A stretch of 64,000 bases of DNA from a virus. The stretch spans positions 32,001 through 96,000 of the IMG/VR virus record IMGVR_UViG_3300027963_000048. The stretch is one strand, 5' to 3'. Under the pieces are notes generated by a model. That model saw only the letters and a list, made by a program, of their open reading frames with translations. It did not search any database and was not told the DNA's origin. Each line of letters starts with the position of its first letter. Position 1 is the first letter of the stretch. Below, in pieces: positions 20,173-30,518 of the stretch. The position numbers were made by a program, and so were the translations under genes.

Positions 20173-20185
20173 GCACGGAGATCAC

Positions 20186-21649
20186 ATGAAACTATCACTC
20201 ATACTAGAGGCTAAACTTAATCGCCCCTGGCTCGAAAAACAGCTCGGTATAGATAATCCAGCTGTTCAAAAAATCGTAGACACCGACCCAACTGGCGGAT
20301 CTTATTACAAATGGTTAACTGCGCTTTATCAAAAGTCGCAATCCGATGATTTTCTCACGCCCGAATTAAAAGCCGACATCGGAGAATGGGCCAATAACGC
20401 AAGAGCTATCAAAAGTGCAGGATTAAGCTCAGACTTGAACGGTAAAGATCTCGCATACTTCTATGACGTGCTAGCAAAAATGCGGCAGTATAAAGCCATT
20501 AAAGCCTCACACACTAAAAATAGTGGGGCCTATTATTTATTCAATAATTATCCAGGGGCCGAAGCTATTTATAATGACGGCAATTATATCATGTTTAAAG
20601 TCGAAGGCAAGAACGAAGAATCGATAGACAGCTTGCAGAAACTCGGAATCGGAACCGGATGGTGCACCAGGCTAGGCGGCGATGTGGAGGGTGCCGCTGA
20701 AGAATACTTATCTGATACGCAATATGTGTTGTATAAAAATGGTGAGCCTATCTGTCAATTCAGTAGACAAGACTTTAAAGATGTGCGTGATGAAGAATAC
20801 AAGCCACCTGCTGATGTGTTACGATTAATACTTAAAGTGGTCGGCCCAATTAATGATCAATTAAAGACGCTAGAGATAGGACAAAGGATAGCTGAATCAA
20901 ACAACTTCGCCGATGCATCACCCGAAGACCTGTGTCGCTATGCTGTGGCCATGAAACAGCGGTGGCCAGAAGCTGAGCCAATCATTAAAACATCACCAAA
21001 GTGGGCCCGAGAATACGCATTAAACGTCTTAGGGGAAACGTGGCCTGACGCCGAACCGTATATCATGACAGACCCTCAGTCTGCCGTGGTTTATGCTATA
21101 CATCTAAAGGGTCGATGGCCGGAAGCTGAAAAATATATCAAGCAAGATCCCGGATATGCTATACTATACGCTAGAAAATTATTTAATAAAGGCGAACGAT
21201 TTCTTGAAGCCGAGCCGTATATCGAAAAGGACGCTCGCATGGCGTTCGAATACGCCCAAAGAATCATAAAAGGTGAATGGCCAGACGCAGAAAAGTATAT
21301 CATGCAGGATCCTCAGGTGGCCTACAATTATGCTGCTTACGTGAGGGAAGACCGCTGGCCAGCAGCTGAACCCATCATAATGCGAGATCCTCAGGTAGCA
21401 TACAAGTATGCTTATGCTTTCATAAATGGTGAATGGCCAGAGGCGGAACCATACATAATGACTGAACCATATACAGCATATGCTTACGCTAGGTTTCTAA
21501 AAAGGGAGCGATGGCCAGAGGCCGAACCGTACATCAAGAAGAATCCCGAGGCCGCTAAACTTTATTTTGATTGGGTTAATAAGGATATCAGCAGAGGTGC
21601 GGACGCCTATGATGACTCGTCGAGTTGGGTTGATGCACGAAATATATAA
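20186..21649 (+). CDS. Paralogue 2: MKLxLILE leader, GTGWCT domain and ~9 copies of a ~24-aa RWPEAEPYIMxDP repeat
   Basis: Clear internal tandem repeats in the translation. Confidence 0.8.
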   Translation: MKLSLILEAKLNRPWLEKQLGIDNPAVQKIVDTDPTGGSYYKWLTALYQKSQSDDFLTPELKADIGEWANNARAIKSAGLSSDLNGKDLAYFYDVLAKMRQYKAIKASHTKNSGAYYLFNNYPGAEAIYNDGNYIMFKVEGKNEESIDSLQKLGIGTGWCTRLGGDVEGAAEEYLSDTQYVLYKNGEPICQFSRQDFKDVRDEEYKPPADVLRLILKVVGPINDQLKTLEIGQRIAESNNFADASPEDLCRYAVAMKQRWPEAEPIIKTSPKWAREYALNVLGETWPDAEPYIMTDPQSAVVYAIHLKGRWPEAEKYIKQDPGYAILYARKLFNKGERFLEAEPYIEKDARMAFEYAQRIIKGEWPDAEKYIMQDPQVAYNYAAYVREDRWPAAEPIIMRDPQVAYKYAYAFINGEWPEAEPYIMTEPYTAYAYARFLKRERWPEAEPYIKKNPEAAKLYFDWVNKDISRGADAYDDSSSWVDARNI

Positions 21650-21691
21650 GCGCTAGAGAAAGCCAAACAATATAGAGCCATCAAAGCCTAA
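21650..21691 (+). pseudogene. Relic fragment of a further paralogue
   Basis: Translates ALEKAKQYRAIKA*, matching VLAKMRQYKAIKAS and ALEKIREHKAIKAS in the flanking paralogues. Confidence 0.55.
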
Positions 21692-21770
21692 ACCACCACG
21701 GCCACTAGCCGCTTCCTGCGCTCATATCATAGCAAATTTAACATGTACCCAATTTACAGGTATTCATAAA

Positions 21771-23177
21771 ATGAAGTTATCACTTATCCTAGAGGCGAAG
21801 CTTAATCATACTTGGCTCGAAAAACAGCTCGGTAAAGATCACCCAGCAGTGCAAAAAATCGTAGACACGGATCCGACCGGTGGCTTTTATTATGAATGGT
21901 TGGTGCAAAGATTTAAACAAGCGAACACAGACCAATTTCTAACACCGCAATTGCGAGATTCAATCGTCGAATGGGATAGAAACAAGCAAGTGCTGCGTAA
22001 TCTAAATATCGATGCTGACTTAAATGGTAAAAATTTAGCTTATTTTAATGATGCTTTAGAAAAGATCCGAGAACATAAGGCCATTAAAGCATCATCAGTG
22101 CGCGGTTCAGGCGTGACGCACATGGGCACGGAGTACCCAGGCGCAAAGGTCATATATGATGATGGTCAGTATGTTCTCTTTAAAATCGAAGGTACGAGCC
22201 CAGAGGCAATCGACAGCTTAGAGCGATTGGGAGTGGGTACTCGTTGGTGCACGAGAAGAGGCGGTAGAGTTAATAAGGCAGCTGAACATTTAAGCACAGA
22301 CACACAGTATGTGCTTTACAAAGATAAAAAGCCATTATATCAATTCGACTCTAGTGAATTTAAGGACACTCACAATCTTCCCGAATATAGCATACCAGAC
22401 AAAGCGTCAGCGCTCATAATGTTAGACTATGTGGGACCTATCAACGATACTCTAAAATTCGCCGCTGCAGTTTACGAATACGATACCTCAATGCTGTCTG
22501 AAGTGCCTGAAATTCTTGCTCGTTACCTGAGTGGAAACTTACCGACTTTCATTCAACCATCTGAAGTGATTGAGCAGTATCTATTACAACAATGCGAAAA
22601 TGGCGAGGACGAAGAGGCAGCTTACCATCTCATCGATTATGCAAAACACTACAGAGTAGGCCGTTGGCCAGCGGCAGAGCCGTATTTGATACATGATCCT
22701 AAAACGGCATATGCTTACGCTGATAGAGTCATCGGTGGTCGATGGCTCGAAGCTGAATCTATCATTGCCAAAAGCGCTACTGCCGTTAGCTACGCCATTG
22801 CCTTCTTCGGGGGTGACAGATGGCTTGAAGCCGAACCATATCTGCTTAACGAAGGTGAGGTAATACATGCCATACTCTATGCTGGTAAAGTATTAGAAGG
22901 GCGCTGGCCAGCTCTAGAGCATCGTATCGCAAAAATGGATCAGCCGCTGTTTGCCATGATGGAATACACAAGGTTGGTACTCAATCGCCTTCCAAATGGC
23001 CCAAAGTCGCTGCCTGAATTTGAGCAAGCTGTGATCAACGATCCTTACAAAGCATATAATTATGCTAGGCGTGTTATTAACGCAAGGTGGCCAGAAGCAG
23101 AACCTATAATTATGGCGTCGAAATATGCAAATGATTACCAACACTGGCTAACAGCCAAAGAGGCGCTACCGTTTTAA
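21771..23177 (+). CDS. Paralogue 3: MKLxLILE leader, GTRWCT domain and RWxEAE repeats
   Basis: Homologous to 18496 and 20186. Confidence 0.8.
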   Translation: MKLSLILEAKLNHTWLEKQLGKDHPAVQKIVDTDPTGGFYYEWLVQRFKQANTDQFLTPQLRDSIVEWDRNKQVLRNLNIDADLNGKNLAYFNDALEKIREHKAIKASSVRGSGVTHMGTEYPGAKVIYDDGQYVLFKIEGTSPEAIDSLERLGVGTRWCTRRGGRVNKAAEHLSTDTQYVLYKDKKPLYQFDSSEFKDTHNLPEYSIPDKASALIMLDYVGPINDTLKFAAAVYEYDTSMLSEVPEILARYLSGNLPTFIQPSEVIEQYLLQQCENGEDEEAAYHLIDYAKHYRVGRWPAAEPYLIHDPKTAYAYADRVIGGRWLEAESIIAKSATAVSYAIAFFGGDRWLEAEPYLLNEGEVIHAILYAGKVLEGRWPALEHRIAKMDQPLFAMMEYTRLVLNRLPNGPKSLPEFEQAVINDPYKAYNYARRVINARWPEAEPIIMASKYANDYQHWLTAKEALPF

Positions 23178-23221
23178 TAGTCGATCAATAAATAAAGCAC
23201 ACGCTACTGCAGGATTTGATT

Positions 23222-24484
23222 ATGACTGATGCCGCAATTACCGTTATCCTTAACGGCTATAAACGACCACACGTGTTAGCCGAGCAGTTGCAAGCTATCG
23301 AAAGTCAGACAATCAAGCCCGTTCAAATTATGTTTTGGAAAAATGCCAGCGACGCCACCTTTGACCAAGACCTAATTGCCAGATGTCAATCATTTACCAG
23401 TAGCGTAAATGTGGGTGTATGGGGACGATTTGCGTTAGCCCTGCTAGCGGAAGGCGAATACGTTTGCGTCTTCGATGACGACACAGTTCCGGCCCCAAGA
23501 TGGCTCGAAAACTGCGTGACCTCGATGAAAAAACGAAGGGGGCTCTTCGGTACCATCGGTGTCGTTTTCGACACAGACCAAGGCTACGATGGACAAATCA
23601 GGCGCTTCGGCTGGGATACTCCCATTGACGATATTAAACAAGTAGACATAGTCGGTCACAGTTGGTTCTTTGAAAAGAAAATGCTAGAATATTTCTGGCG
23701 AGAAATCCCAGACCGTAAATTTTACCTATGCGGCGAAGACATGCACTTCTCATACATGCTGCAAAAATATGCGAACTTGCCTACTTTAGTCCCACCGCAT
23801 CCAGCTCAAGATCAATCACTCTACGGTTCAATTCCGGAAAAAGCGATGAAATATGGGATGGAGCCGGTCGCAATTTCACATGGCACCAATTGCAACGTTA
23901 AATTCAACGATTACCTGTTCAAGATACGAAGTGGAGGTTTCAAGCTGCTAAAAGATAATTACCAAAGACCATACTTAATAACACAATTTAAATTTATAGA
24001 TGTTTACGATGCTACGGTCTCAGATGGAGCGCCAGACTGGCGTACCCCATATGAATTGGGCCTTGCTTATAAATTCCTTGCTACGCTAGCACGCCTTAAT
24101 ACTACCATGTCAGTAAAGTATAATAGTGAGTCGATGTCGCTGGTAAACAAGCATCCGTTCCCACTGGATACTGAAAAACCAACCATTTACGTTGACGTGA
24201 AGGGAATAGATCTAAGCCAAGCGGACTGCATTGAGCGCTTGCGCAGTAAGATCGACCTGATTAATCACGGTGGTTACTATATTGGTTCAAGCCTTTTTAA
24301 CGGAGCTACGGAACATCCCGAAAATGGCCAGCACATCGATATGCTTAAACAGTTAGAAGCTATGGTTGGGGCACCGGTTGAAGGCAAGAATTCTATCATC
24401 AAGCTAAATGGGTCAAATAGCACAAATCCAGACACAAATCATATGTTAGATTCGATCTTGTTCCTCATTATAAAGAAGATCTAA
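23222..24484 (+). CDS. Glycosyltransferase family 2 with extra C-terminal domain
   Basis: ITVILNGYKRP, CVFDDD, GEDMHFS. Confidence 0.8.
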   Translation: MTDAAITVILNGYKRPHVLAEQLQAIESQTIKPVQIMFWKNASDATFDQDLIARCQSFTSSVNVGVWGRFALALLAEGEYVCVFDDDTVPAPRWLENCVTSMKKRRGLFGTIGVVFDTDQGYDGQIRRFGWDTPIDDIKQVDIVGHSWFFEKKMLEYFWREIPDRKFYLCGEDMHFSYMLQKYANLPTLVPPHPAQDQSLYGSIPEKAMKYGMEPVAISHGTNCNVKFNDYLFKIRSGGFKLLKDNYQRPYLITQFKFIDVYDATVSDGAPDWRTPYELGLAYKFLATLARLNTTMSVKYNSESMSLVNKHPFPLDTEKPTIYVDVKGIDLSQADCIERLRSKIDLINHGGYYIGSSLFNGATEHPENGQHIDMLKQLEAMVGAPVEGKNSIIKLNGSNSTNPDTNHMLDSILFLIIKKI

Positions 24485-25450
24485 CAGTTTACCGGCTGCG
24501 AAACCATCACCGTAAGGTGACGGTAACACAACGCGATACTGTAATTTAGCTGAAAATAATTCATGTAATTGGCGTGGACTAGGACACAAGAATGCATGAG
24601 TATCGATACCCTCTACGCGTTCCGTACTCGCACGACATACAATCGCTGTCTTCTTGAGAAATGAAGCCTCCTCCTGTATCCCACCAGAGTCGGTAATCAC
24701 CAGCTTGCATCTCGCCAGCAAAGCAAGGCAGTCGTCATGAGGCAAAGGGTCCACAGCGTGCACTTTTCTTAAGATGCTCACGTGCTTGGTTACACTAGGG
24801 TTATGATGCGCTGGTAATATGAATTTAAGCTCCGGGTAAGCTAAGGCTAGATTTTCGAAAGCCTTAAACCATGCTTCTATATGCTGCAAGTTCTCACGAC
24901 GATGCATGGTAATTAGCACTTCATCACCATAAGTGACGCTAAGATCCCTAAGATTATCGAGTGCCGTATTACCGATCACTGGTGCTAGAGCGTAAATCTT
25001 CTCATTACGTAGGTTGGTGGCAGCCCGTTGCGTAGGACAAAGATTGATCGTAGCTATTCGACTGATCATCTGCCTATATGCTTCTTCCGGATATGGACGC
25101 TTCAGATCGTACGTTCTAAGCCCAGCTTCTAGATGCAAAAGGATCTTGTTGCGATGAAACGCAGCCAGAGCGCAAGTTAATGCAGTAGCCGTATCGCCCT
25201 GCACAATCACATGGCTAATACCGTTGAAGATCTGGTCAGTCATAGCTCCAATTGAGCTAACTATTGCATCAAGTCTGTTATCAGCATACGATACTGAAAG
25301 CACGTGGTCAGCTGGTTCGGTCACCTCTAGATTATAGTGTTGGCCAATATATAATGTCCTGTAGGAAATGCTACGGGCTTTGCATTCCTTGATGATCGGT
25401 TTAAGCTTAATATATTCAGGTCTGGTGCCGTAGCATAGTAAAATCGGCAT
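24446..25450 (-). CDS. wecB: UDP-N-acetylglucosamine 2-epimerase (non-hydrolysing)
   Basis: GTRPEYIK, GQH, VQGDT, HLEAGLRT, PEE, HRREN, TDSGGIQEEA, TER, PYGDG. Confidence 0.95.
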   Translation of the reverse strand: MPILLCYGTRPEYIKLKPIIKECKARSISYRTLYIGQHYNLEVTEPADHVLSVSYADNRLDAIVSSIGAMTDQIFNGISHVIVQGDTATALTCALAAFHRNKILLHLEAGLRTYDLKRPYPEEAYRQMISRIATINLCPTQRAATNLRNEKIYALAPVIGNTALDNLRDLSVTYGDEVLITMHRRENLQHIEAWFKAFENLALAYPELKFILPAHHNPSVTKHVSILRKVHAVDPLPHDDCLALLARCKLVITDSGGIQEEASFLKKTAIVCRASTERVEGIDTHAFLCPSPRQLHELFSAKLQYRVVLPSPYGDGFAAGKLLDLLYNEEQDRI

Positions 25451-25451
25451 G

Positions 25452-26534
25452 TTATTCCTCTAAAGCGTATTCAAACTTCCAGCCATACATCTTTCTCAAT
25501 TGATCTATGACCTGCTGACGTTCTACTATAGTGACCTTCGTGCCCTTAGCGGCGATTGCGTTAGCAAAAGCGAGACGCTGCGAATTATCTAATATAGTTG
25601 ATTCATCTTTAAAGGTCACACGGTCCATCACAATGGACGTTTGGTCCTTAGCCTCGTCAACCATAAACATCAAGTGCGAGTCGTTTGCTTGATCTATGGC
25701 TACGTTTAGTTCAGCCGAGATTTTCACATCCTCAGAAGCTTTAATATAAGCTTTATTGTCGCGAGGTAAGCACGGTCCACCATAGCCAAATCCGTACTTA
25801 AGACAATGGTGATTTATTCTTCTGTCGTCGCCTATAGCATTTAGTACCACATCAGAGTTGCCTTTATATCTAGATACCATATCGCCTACTTTATTAGCAT
25901 ACGCTATCTTCATCGTCAGGAAAACATTGGTTGCTAATTTGGTAATTTCAGCCTCGGCAAACGACATCATCTTTACGGACGGCTTATTGAGACAAATGCT
26001 GCGATGTAATTCTGCAATTATGGACATCGACCTTGTGTCGGTGCCCCCGATCAACACCACGTCTTGGTTCTGCTGGTCTCGAATGATCGACCCCTGAGCG
26101 ATGAATTCAGGGTTATAAATGAGATGGTTATGATCCACTAGATTTAGCACAGTAGCGCAATAGCCTGGCATAACAGTAGAATTAATGGCTATTACTTTAT
26201 CACGTAGCCCTAAGGCTCGGATATCACGCAGCGCCTGCGTGATCAAAGTGTGATCGTAAGACCCATCAGGCAAGCTGGGTGTGGGCAGGACTATGAAGAT
26301 GACATCTGCCTCTGCGATGTGAGAGAGGTCATCTCCGATGATCAACCTTGAATCGGCAAGGTAACTCTCTACCATTGGCTCCGCAGTGTGTAGTGCTTTG
26401 GTCCTGATCGCCTCGACCAATTTAGCATCTGTGTCACATGCATAGATTTGGTGGCCCGCTTTGTCAAGATTAAGGGCAAGACATAAGCCTAATTTCCCAA
26501 CACCTATGATGCCGATCTTCATAGCCAGCCTCAC
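25452..26534 (-). CDS. ugd: UDP-glucose/GDP-mannose dehydrogenase family
   Basis: GIIGVGKLG, LPTP, STVMPG, YNPEF, AEITKL, GYGGPCLPRD. Confidence 0.9.
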   Translation of the reverse strand: MRLAMKIGIIGVGKLGLCLALNLDKAGHQIYACDTDAKLVEAIRTKALHTAEPMVESYLADSRLIIGDDLSHIAEADVIFIVLPTPSLPDGSYDHTLITQALRDIRALGLRDKVIAINSTVMPGYCATVLNLVDHNHLIYNPEFIAQGSIIRDQQNQDVVLIGGTDTRSMSIIAELHRSICLNKPSVKMMSFAEAEITKLATNVFLTMKIAYANKVGDMVSRYKGNSDVVLNAIGDDRRINHHCLKYGFGYGGPCLPRDNKAYIKASEDVKISAELNVAIDQANDSHLMFMVDEAKDQTSIVMDRVTFKDESTILDNSQRLAFANAIAAKGTKVTIVERQQVIDQLRKMYGWKFEYALEE

Positions 26535-27142
26535 TAGCTCACAAGACGCTGTATGGCCGAATGGACCTGGTCGGTCCAGCGATCGCCACGCACATCTGTT
26601 ATGTGTTCAATATATACATCTTGGTGTCTGCTCGCCATCTGCGGATTGTTAGTTAATAGTAATAGCTTACTATTAGGCCGACTGTGTATGAAATATTCCC
26701 ATAATTTCACTCGATCGTATGTTACAACAAATGGTAAAACTGACCAGCTTGATTTGGCATAATCGTTATATGGATCTTCGTCTATAGCGTGTCTACAGAA
26801 CAATATTTCATCTGTGCTGTAGAATACGCTGAGCAAACGGTGTAATCTTCTCTGATACGTGGTTCTGACCTCGTCGTTCTCTACCCACCATGGTTCAACG
26901 CGTGCATATTCATGGAACAAGAAGGCATCATTGTCTGGAGACAATAGAAACCCGTCACGCAGGTAACGCATATTAAAATCGAAGAAATGCTTGCCGCCAG
27001 ACGCAATACATTTGGTGACGAAGGATTGAGAAGTGATATTCCAGTCAAACGGGTACGCTGGTTGGTTAAACTTCCTAATTACAGTGGTTAACATGCAGCC
27101 GCCGTAGCCGCCTAGATTTACTATTATCACATTTTGATCCAA
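26534..27142 (-). CDS. DUF1796-like putative papain-like cysteine peptidase
   Basis: LGGYGGC...YPFDW, F.HE, YQRRLHRL. Confidence 0.55.
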   Translation of the reverse strand: MDQNVIIVNLGGYGGCMLTTVIRKFNQPAYPFDWNITSQSFVTKCIASGGKHFFDFNMRYLRDGFLLSPDNDAFLFHEYARVEPWWVENDEVRTTYQRRLHRLLSVFYSTDEILFCRHAIDEDPYNDYAKSSWSVLPFVVTYDRVKLWEYFIHSRPNSKLLLLTNNPQMASRHQDVYIEHITDVRGDRWTDQVHSAIQRLVS

Positions 27143-27984
27143 TTATCTAAATAAAGCCTACGATGCAATAAATCTGGCTCAGTACCCATGAAGTAATCTT
27201 TTGGCGCTACAATTGATTTTACGGGTTTGGCTAAATAACCAACCCATAGACCAAAAGTGGTGAATGGCGATAAGATGCTGCCATCACACAATTCCATTAG
27301 TTTAAAATCTTCAAGTGTGTTATTTCCGCTGGAAAAGATGAAATTATAACGATATTCTGCTAGGATCTGTTTTGCTGCAGTTAAATCACGGTCATGTTGG
27401 CCTTCCTTAACATCTCTTGACCCGCCAGCGAAGACGAAATAATCGGCATTACCGAAGTATTCGAAGGCTCTGTCTAGATAATTTTTCAATGGATCGCCCA
27501 TCATCACAGCTTCGCACGTATCTTTCTGTGGGCTCATGAATATGTTATCGCCCAGGCGTAAATGCAGGCTAACGACTTTACTGTGCTTGCGTGACGGCGC
27601 TATTGCTTCAAACTTATGATGTGCGCTGGCGAACGTGTTAGAGTTAGCGTTAAGGCCTACACACTTCCTTATCTGAGGCAGATGCTGTTCGAAGTAGCGT
27701 ACATCTTGAAAATATCCAGCGATATCGACATTGTCAGGTGTTTGAAAAAATCCGTCAGTATATGTGCTAGCTTCTTCTACGGTGCAACCGGTTTTGACTT
27801 CTTTAAATTCTTCTGGGATGTTTAGATGCTTCAGTAGGCATTCTTGATTGTGCCATATTTTGGTGTCGGTGGGCGGTAAACACATTTCGTAGTTATTCGT
27901 CAGGGCTAAGCTTTTGAGTGCAGCGTACTGGAACAACTGGTTACCAAATCGACCCATAGTGCCGATTCTAGAAAACGTTATCAT
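27127..27984 (-). CDS. Alpha-1,2-fucosyltransferase (GT11)
   Basis: GRFGNQLFQYA, GYFQ, SLHLRLGD, DFKLM..C...I...TFGLW.GYL. Confidence 0.85.
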   Translation of the reverse strand: MITFSRIGTMGRFGNQLFQYAALKSLALTNNYEMCLPPTDTKIWHNQECLLKHLNIPEEFKEVKTGCTVEEASTYTDGFFQTPDNVDIAGYFQDVRYFEQHLPQIRKCVGLNANSNTFASAHHKFEAIAPSRKHSKVVSLHLRLGDNIFMSPQKDTCEAVMMGDPLKNYLDRAFEYFGNADYFVFAGGSRDVKEGQHDRDLTAAKQILAEYRYNFIFSSGNNTLEDFKLMELCDGSILSPFTTFGLWVGYLAKPVKSIVAPKDYFMGTEPDLLHRRLYLDNWIKM

Positions 27985-28625
27985 ATGGTCCTCATATTTT
28001 TAAAAACAGTGAACTCAGTTAAATCTCGATAGCCATTGATCTCTTGGCTATCAGGAACATGCTCGGGATAATTGTGCATCAGCTCTAAGCCCCGGGCTGC
28101 GACAGAAGGCGCCATGTACATGTTCCAGCCACAGAACGTGATATCATCTTCCTTGTAGAATTTCTCGGACCGTCCTTCATAACGCGCTTTTTTAAGCCAA
28201 TTAACGGCATCTATATTATCAGTCAATATCATGCCGCCTTTGCCAATATTCAACTGCTTCTTAATATGAAAACTCAAGCAGTAAAACTGGCCTGCATTAT
28301 ACATTTTCGAGGTGAAACGTTTAGCACTGTCGTGGATAGGATACGGTTTAAGCTGGTATTGGCCAGTCCAGTGGTTTACGCTCCCACTCTTATCAAAGAC
28401 TACTTCACCACCGGCGTGGATTATCGACATCGGCACGCTGAGGTAAGTCTTTGCTGGAATGGTGACAGTTTGCACATTCAAGTACTTGCAGCAAAGGAAT
28501 ATCGCATTTGTACATGAATCTACGGAGACTGCATAAGGTGCTCCGGTATAATGTGCCACTTCATCTTCAAACATCTCAACGATTTTAAAAGGGTTATGCT
28601 TCGATAGATTAGCGGGCATCATCAC
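27981..28625 (-). CDS. DegT/DnrJ/EryC1/StrS-family sugar aminotransferase (short form)
   Basis: FE..VA.YTGAPYAVSVDSCTNA, DSA, SFHIKK.L.IG.GGMILT. Confidence 0.85.
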   Translation of the reverse strand: MMMPANLSKHNPFKIVEMFEDEVAHYTGAPYAVSVDSCTNAIFLCCKYLNVQTVTIPAKTYLSVPMSIIHAGGEVVFDKSGSVNHWTGQYQLKPYPIHDSAKRFTSKMYNAGQFYCLSFHIKKQLNIGKGGMILTDNIDAVNWLKKARYEGRSEKFYKEDDITFCGWNMYMAPSVAARGLELMHNYPEHVPDSQEINGYRDLTEFTVFKNMRTI

Positions 28626-29019
28626 GTTCCAGGATGTAATACTTCTGTTTAAAGCCAGCCTTTAGGAACAGCTGAAGACTAGCCTCGTTATCAACCTTCA
28701 CCTTTGCGTAAAGTCCTTTGCGATTTTTTAGGTATTCGTTGATCATGAACGACGCTATGCCTTTGTTCTTGTGCTCGTGCACAACGCAAACCCTCAGGTC
28801 GCCATCTATGTCCCCCACGAAACCAACAGGCTCATCAGCATCTGTGACACAAATCTTGTAATCTTGATGATGATCCATCATATATGCTGTCTGCTGGTCT
28901 GGAGTAATTTGGACTTGCTGTATAAACCCTTGGGCATTGCGTGGATCGTTCCTTAAGCTTCGGACGAAACCCCAATAATCAAGAGAGCAATTCACCAGTT
29001 TATACTTTACCATATGCAT
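28609..29019 (-). CDS. GNAT N-acetyltransferase (PseH-like)
   Basis: LRNDP, HKNKGIAS, VKVDNEASLQLF.KAGF. Confidence 0.8.
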   Translation of the reverse strand: MHMVKYKLVNCSLDYWGFVRSLRNDPRNAQGFIQQVQITPDQQTAYMMDHHQDYKICVTDADEPVGFVGDIDGDLRVCVVHEHKNKGIASFMINEYLKNRKGLYAKVKVDNEASLQLFLKAGFKQKYYILERDDAR

Positions 29020-29777
29020 AGCTTCCTCATATCATCGTGCGTTTCACCTTTATGTATATGGAGGTAGCCCCTATTGCATGTAAGTCCAAGTAGATGATTC
29101 ATCGTAGTGCCAACATTAATGTAAGTGTTCTGTGGATTAACTTGATGTAGTCTATGAATGAGCATTTGAGTCAAGCTAGACGCTGAGAAGATGAAAAGAT
29201 GATTCGTTATTTGAGACTCCTGCACCCATTGGGTCATTTCCTCAATAAGTGGCTGATCATTCACTATACAGTTAGTGCCTACTTTAAACCATTTCACAGG
29301 CTTAACTGTAGGATGCAGATTGGCGCTGCCGTTAGCTATTAAAACTAACGTGGGATGTGCAAGGATCAACGGCAATATGTGGTCTAAAAAATACGGATAA
29401 TTGCCATTTACAAGAAGATTAGCCCAAGTCCAATATTTAGTCTCTGCACACAAGGTATCGAAGAACATCCTGTTCTCGTGGCCCACGCAACATTTGCATG
29501 ATATACCTTTATAGTACTCTGGCGCATCGTACTTAAATGAAGCTATCAACTTGTCGACTATCTGTCGGTGAGCCACCGGATCTACGTCTTTGTGATCCTC
29601 TGGAGCCCAGGCAGCATGATACCTCTGATCGCCAACTATCGACTCATCTGCGCTAAGCCTTAAACGCTTTCCTTGCATGATAAACATTTCGCCATCGGAG
29701 TAGCGCGTGAATGCAAAGTTTTCACCATTTAGCATCTTGGTATGCAAATGGGTCAAATCTGACCTAAATTCTTTCAT
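29007..29777 (-). CDS. GT-D fold-like glycosyltransferase
   Basis: FAFTRYSDGE and YINVGT motifs, in a glycan cluster. Confidence 0.55.
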   Translation of the reverse strand: MKEFRSDLTHLHTKMLNGENFAFTRYSDGEMFIMQGKRLRLSADESIVGDQRYHAAWAPEDHKDVDPVAHRQIVDKLIASFKYDAPEYYKGISCKCCVGHENRMFFDTLCAETKYWTWANLLVNGNYPYFLDHILPLILAHPTLVLIANGSANLHPTVKPVKWFKVGTNCIVNDQPLIEEMTQWVQESQITNHLFIFSASSLTQMLIHRLHQVNPQNTYINVGTTMNHLLGLTCNRGYLHIHKGETHDDMRKLCIW

Positions 29778-30468
29778 GGTGTTTACCGTTCATCAGTACC
29801 AGCACAGGTTGATATGGCGTCATCTCCACCGTATTTATCGTCTGCTCCCACCAATTCGCCGTAAGGCCGAATTGATCCAGAATATTCCACCGTTCACATA
29901 ATTTTATCAGCCTTTTTCCGTAGATGCGGTGCACGTTGAAAACTGTAAGATCCCTACCGACTGGAACAGCTAAAAAATGCAAACCATTGGGCCTAACTAG
30001 GTCTACCAATTTTGTCATAGTCTTTAAATCGCCGTTAGCATCAATAGGATCGCCATATCTTCCAAGGCCATCATGTTCCACGGAAGAGATATTAAGGCAA
30101 GCGTCGAAGCGTCGGTTTAGGCTTTCGGGCTTCACATACTTAATGGCCTCATTGACAAATGGCCGATCGCCATATTCTGAGACGGTGACAGTAGCTGCTC
30201 CAAATACAAGGCAGATAGCCTCATACCATGGGTTAGCTGAACCTATTAGTAGAACATCCATGCCAACTATAGGGTACTGCCTTAGTGCTTGATAGAGCCA
30301 TGCGTCAGTTTCGCCGTAATAATAAGTCGCTCCGGTTCGGACCGCATCCATGTATTCGATAAATCTGGCTGGTGTATAGTTTAATGAATGGTCTAGCTTA
30401 GAGTCATCCCTCACGTTAAATGCTATAGGCTCATCTAGTTGAGCCAGATATTGGTTTAAAGCACTCAT
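29764..30468 (-). CDS. DUF268-family putative methyltransferase
   Basis: IGSANPWYE, SSVEHDGLGRYGDPID..GD, VPVGRD...FN.HRIYG. Confidence 0.8.
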   Translation of the reverse strand: MSALNQYLAQLDEPIAFNVRDDSKLDHSLNYTPARFIEYMDAVRTGATYYYGETDAWLYQALRQYPIVGMDVLLIGSANPWYEAICLVFGAATVTVSEYGDRPFVNEAIKYVKPESLNRRFDACLNISSVEHDGLGRYGDPIDANGDLKTMTKLVDLVRPNGLHFLAVPVGRDLTVFNVHRIYGKRLIKLCERWNILDQFGLTANWWEQTINTVEMTPYQPVLVLMNGKHHERI

Positions 30469-30518
30469 TGCGACACCTTTAGTATTCTCTGTACTATATA
30501 ATTACCCAAAATTAAAGG

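Noticed and set aside
18496-23177. Diversity-generating retroelement behind the paralogues
   Set aside because: No reverse transcriptase, and the differences are not adenine-specific
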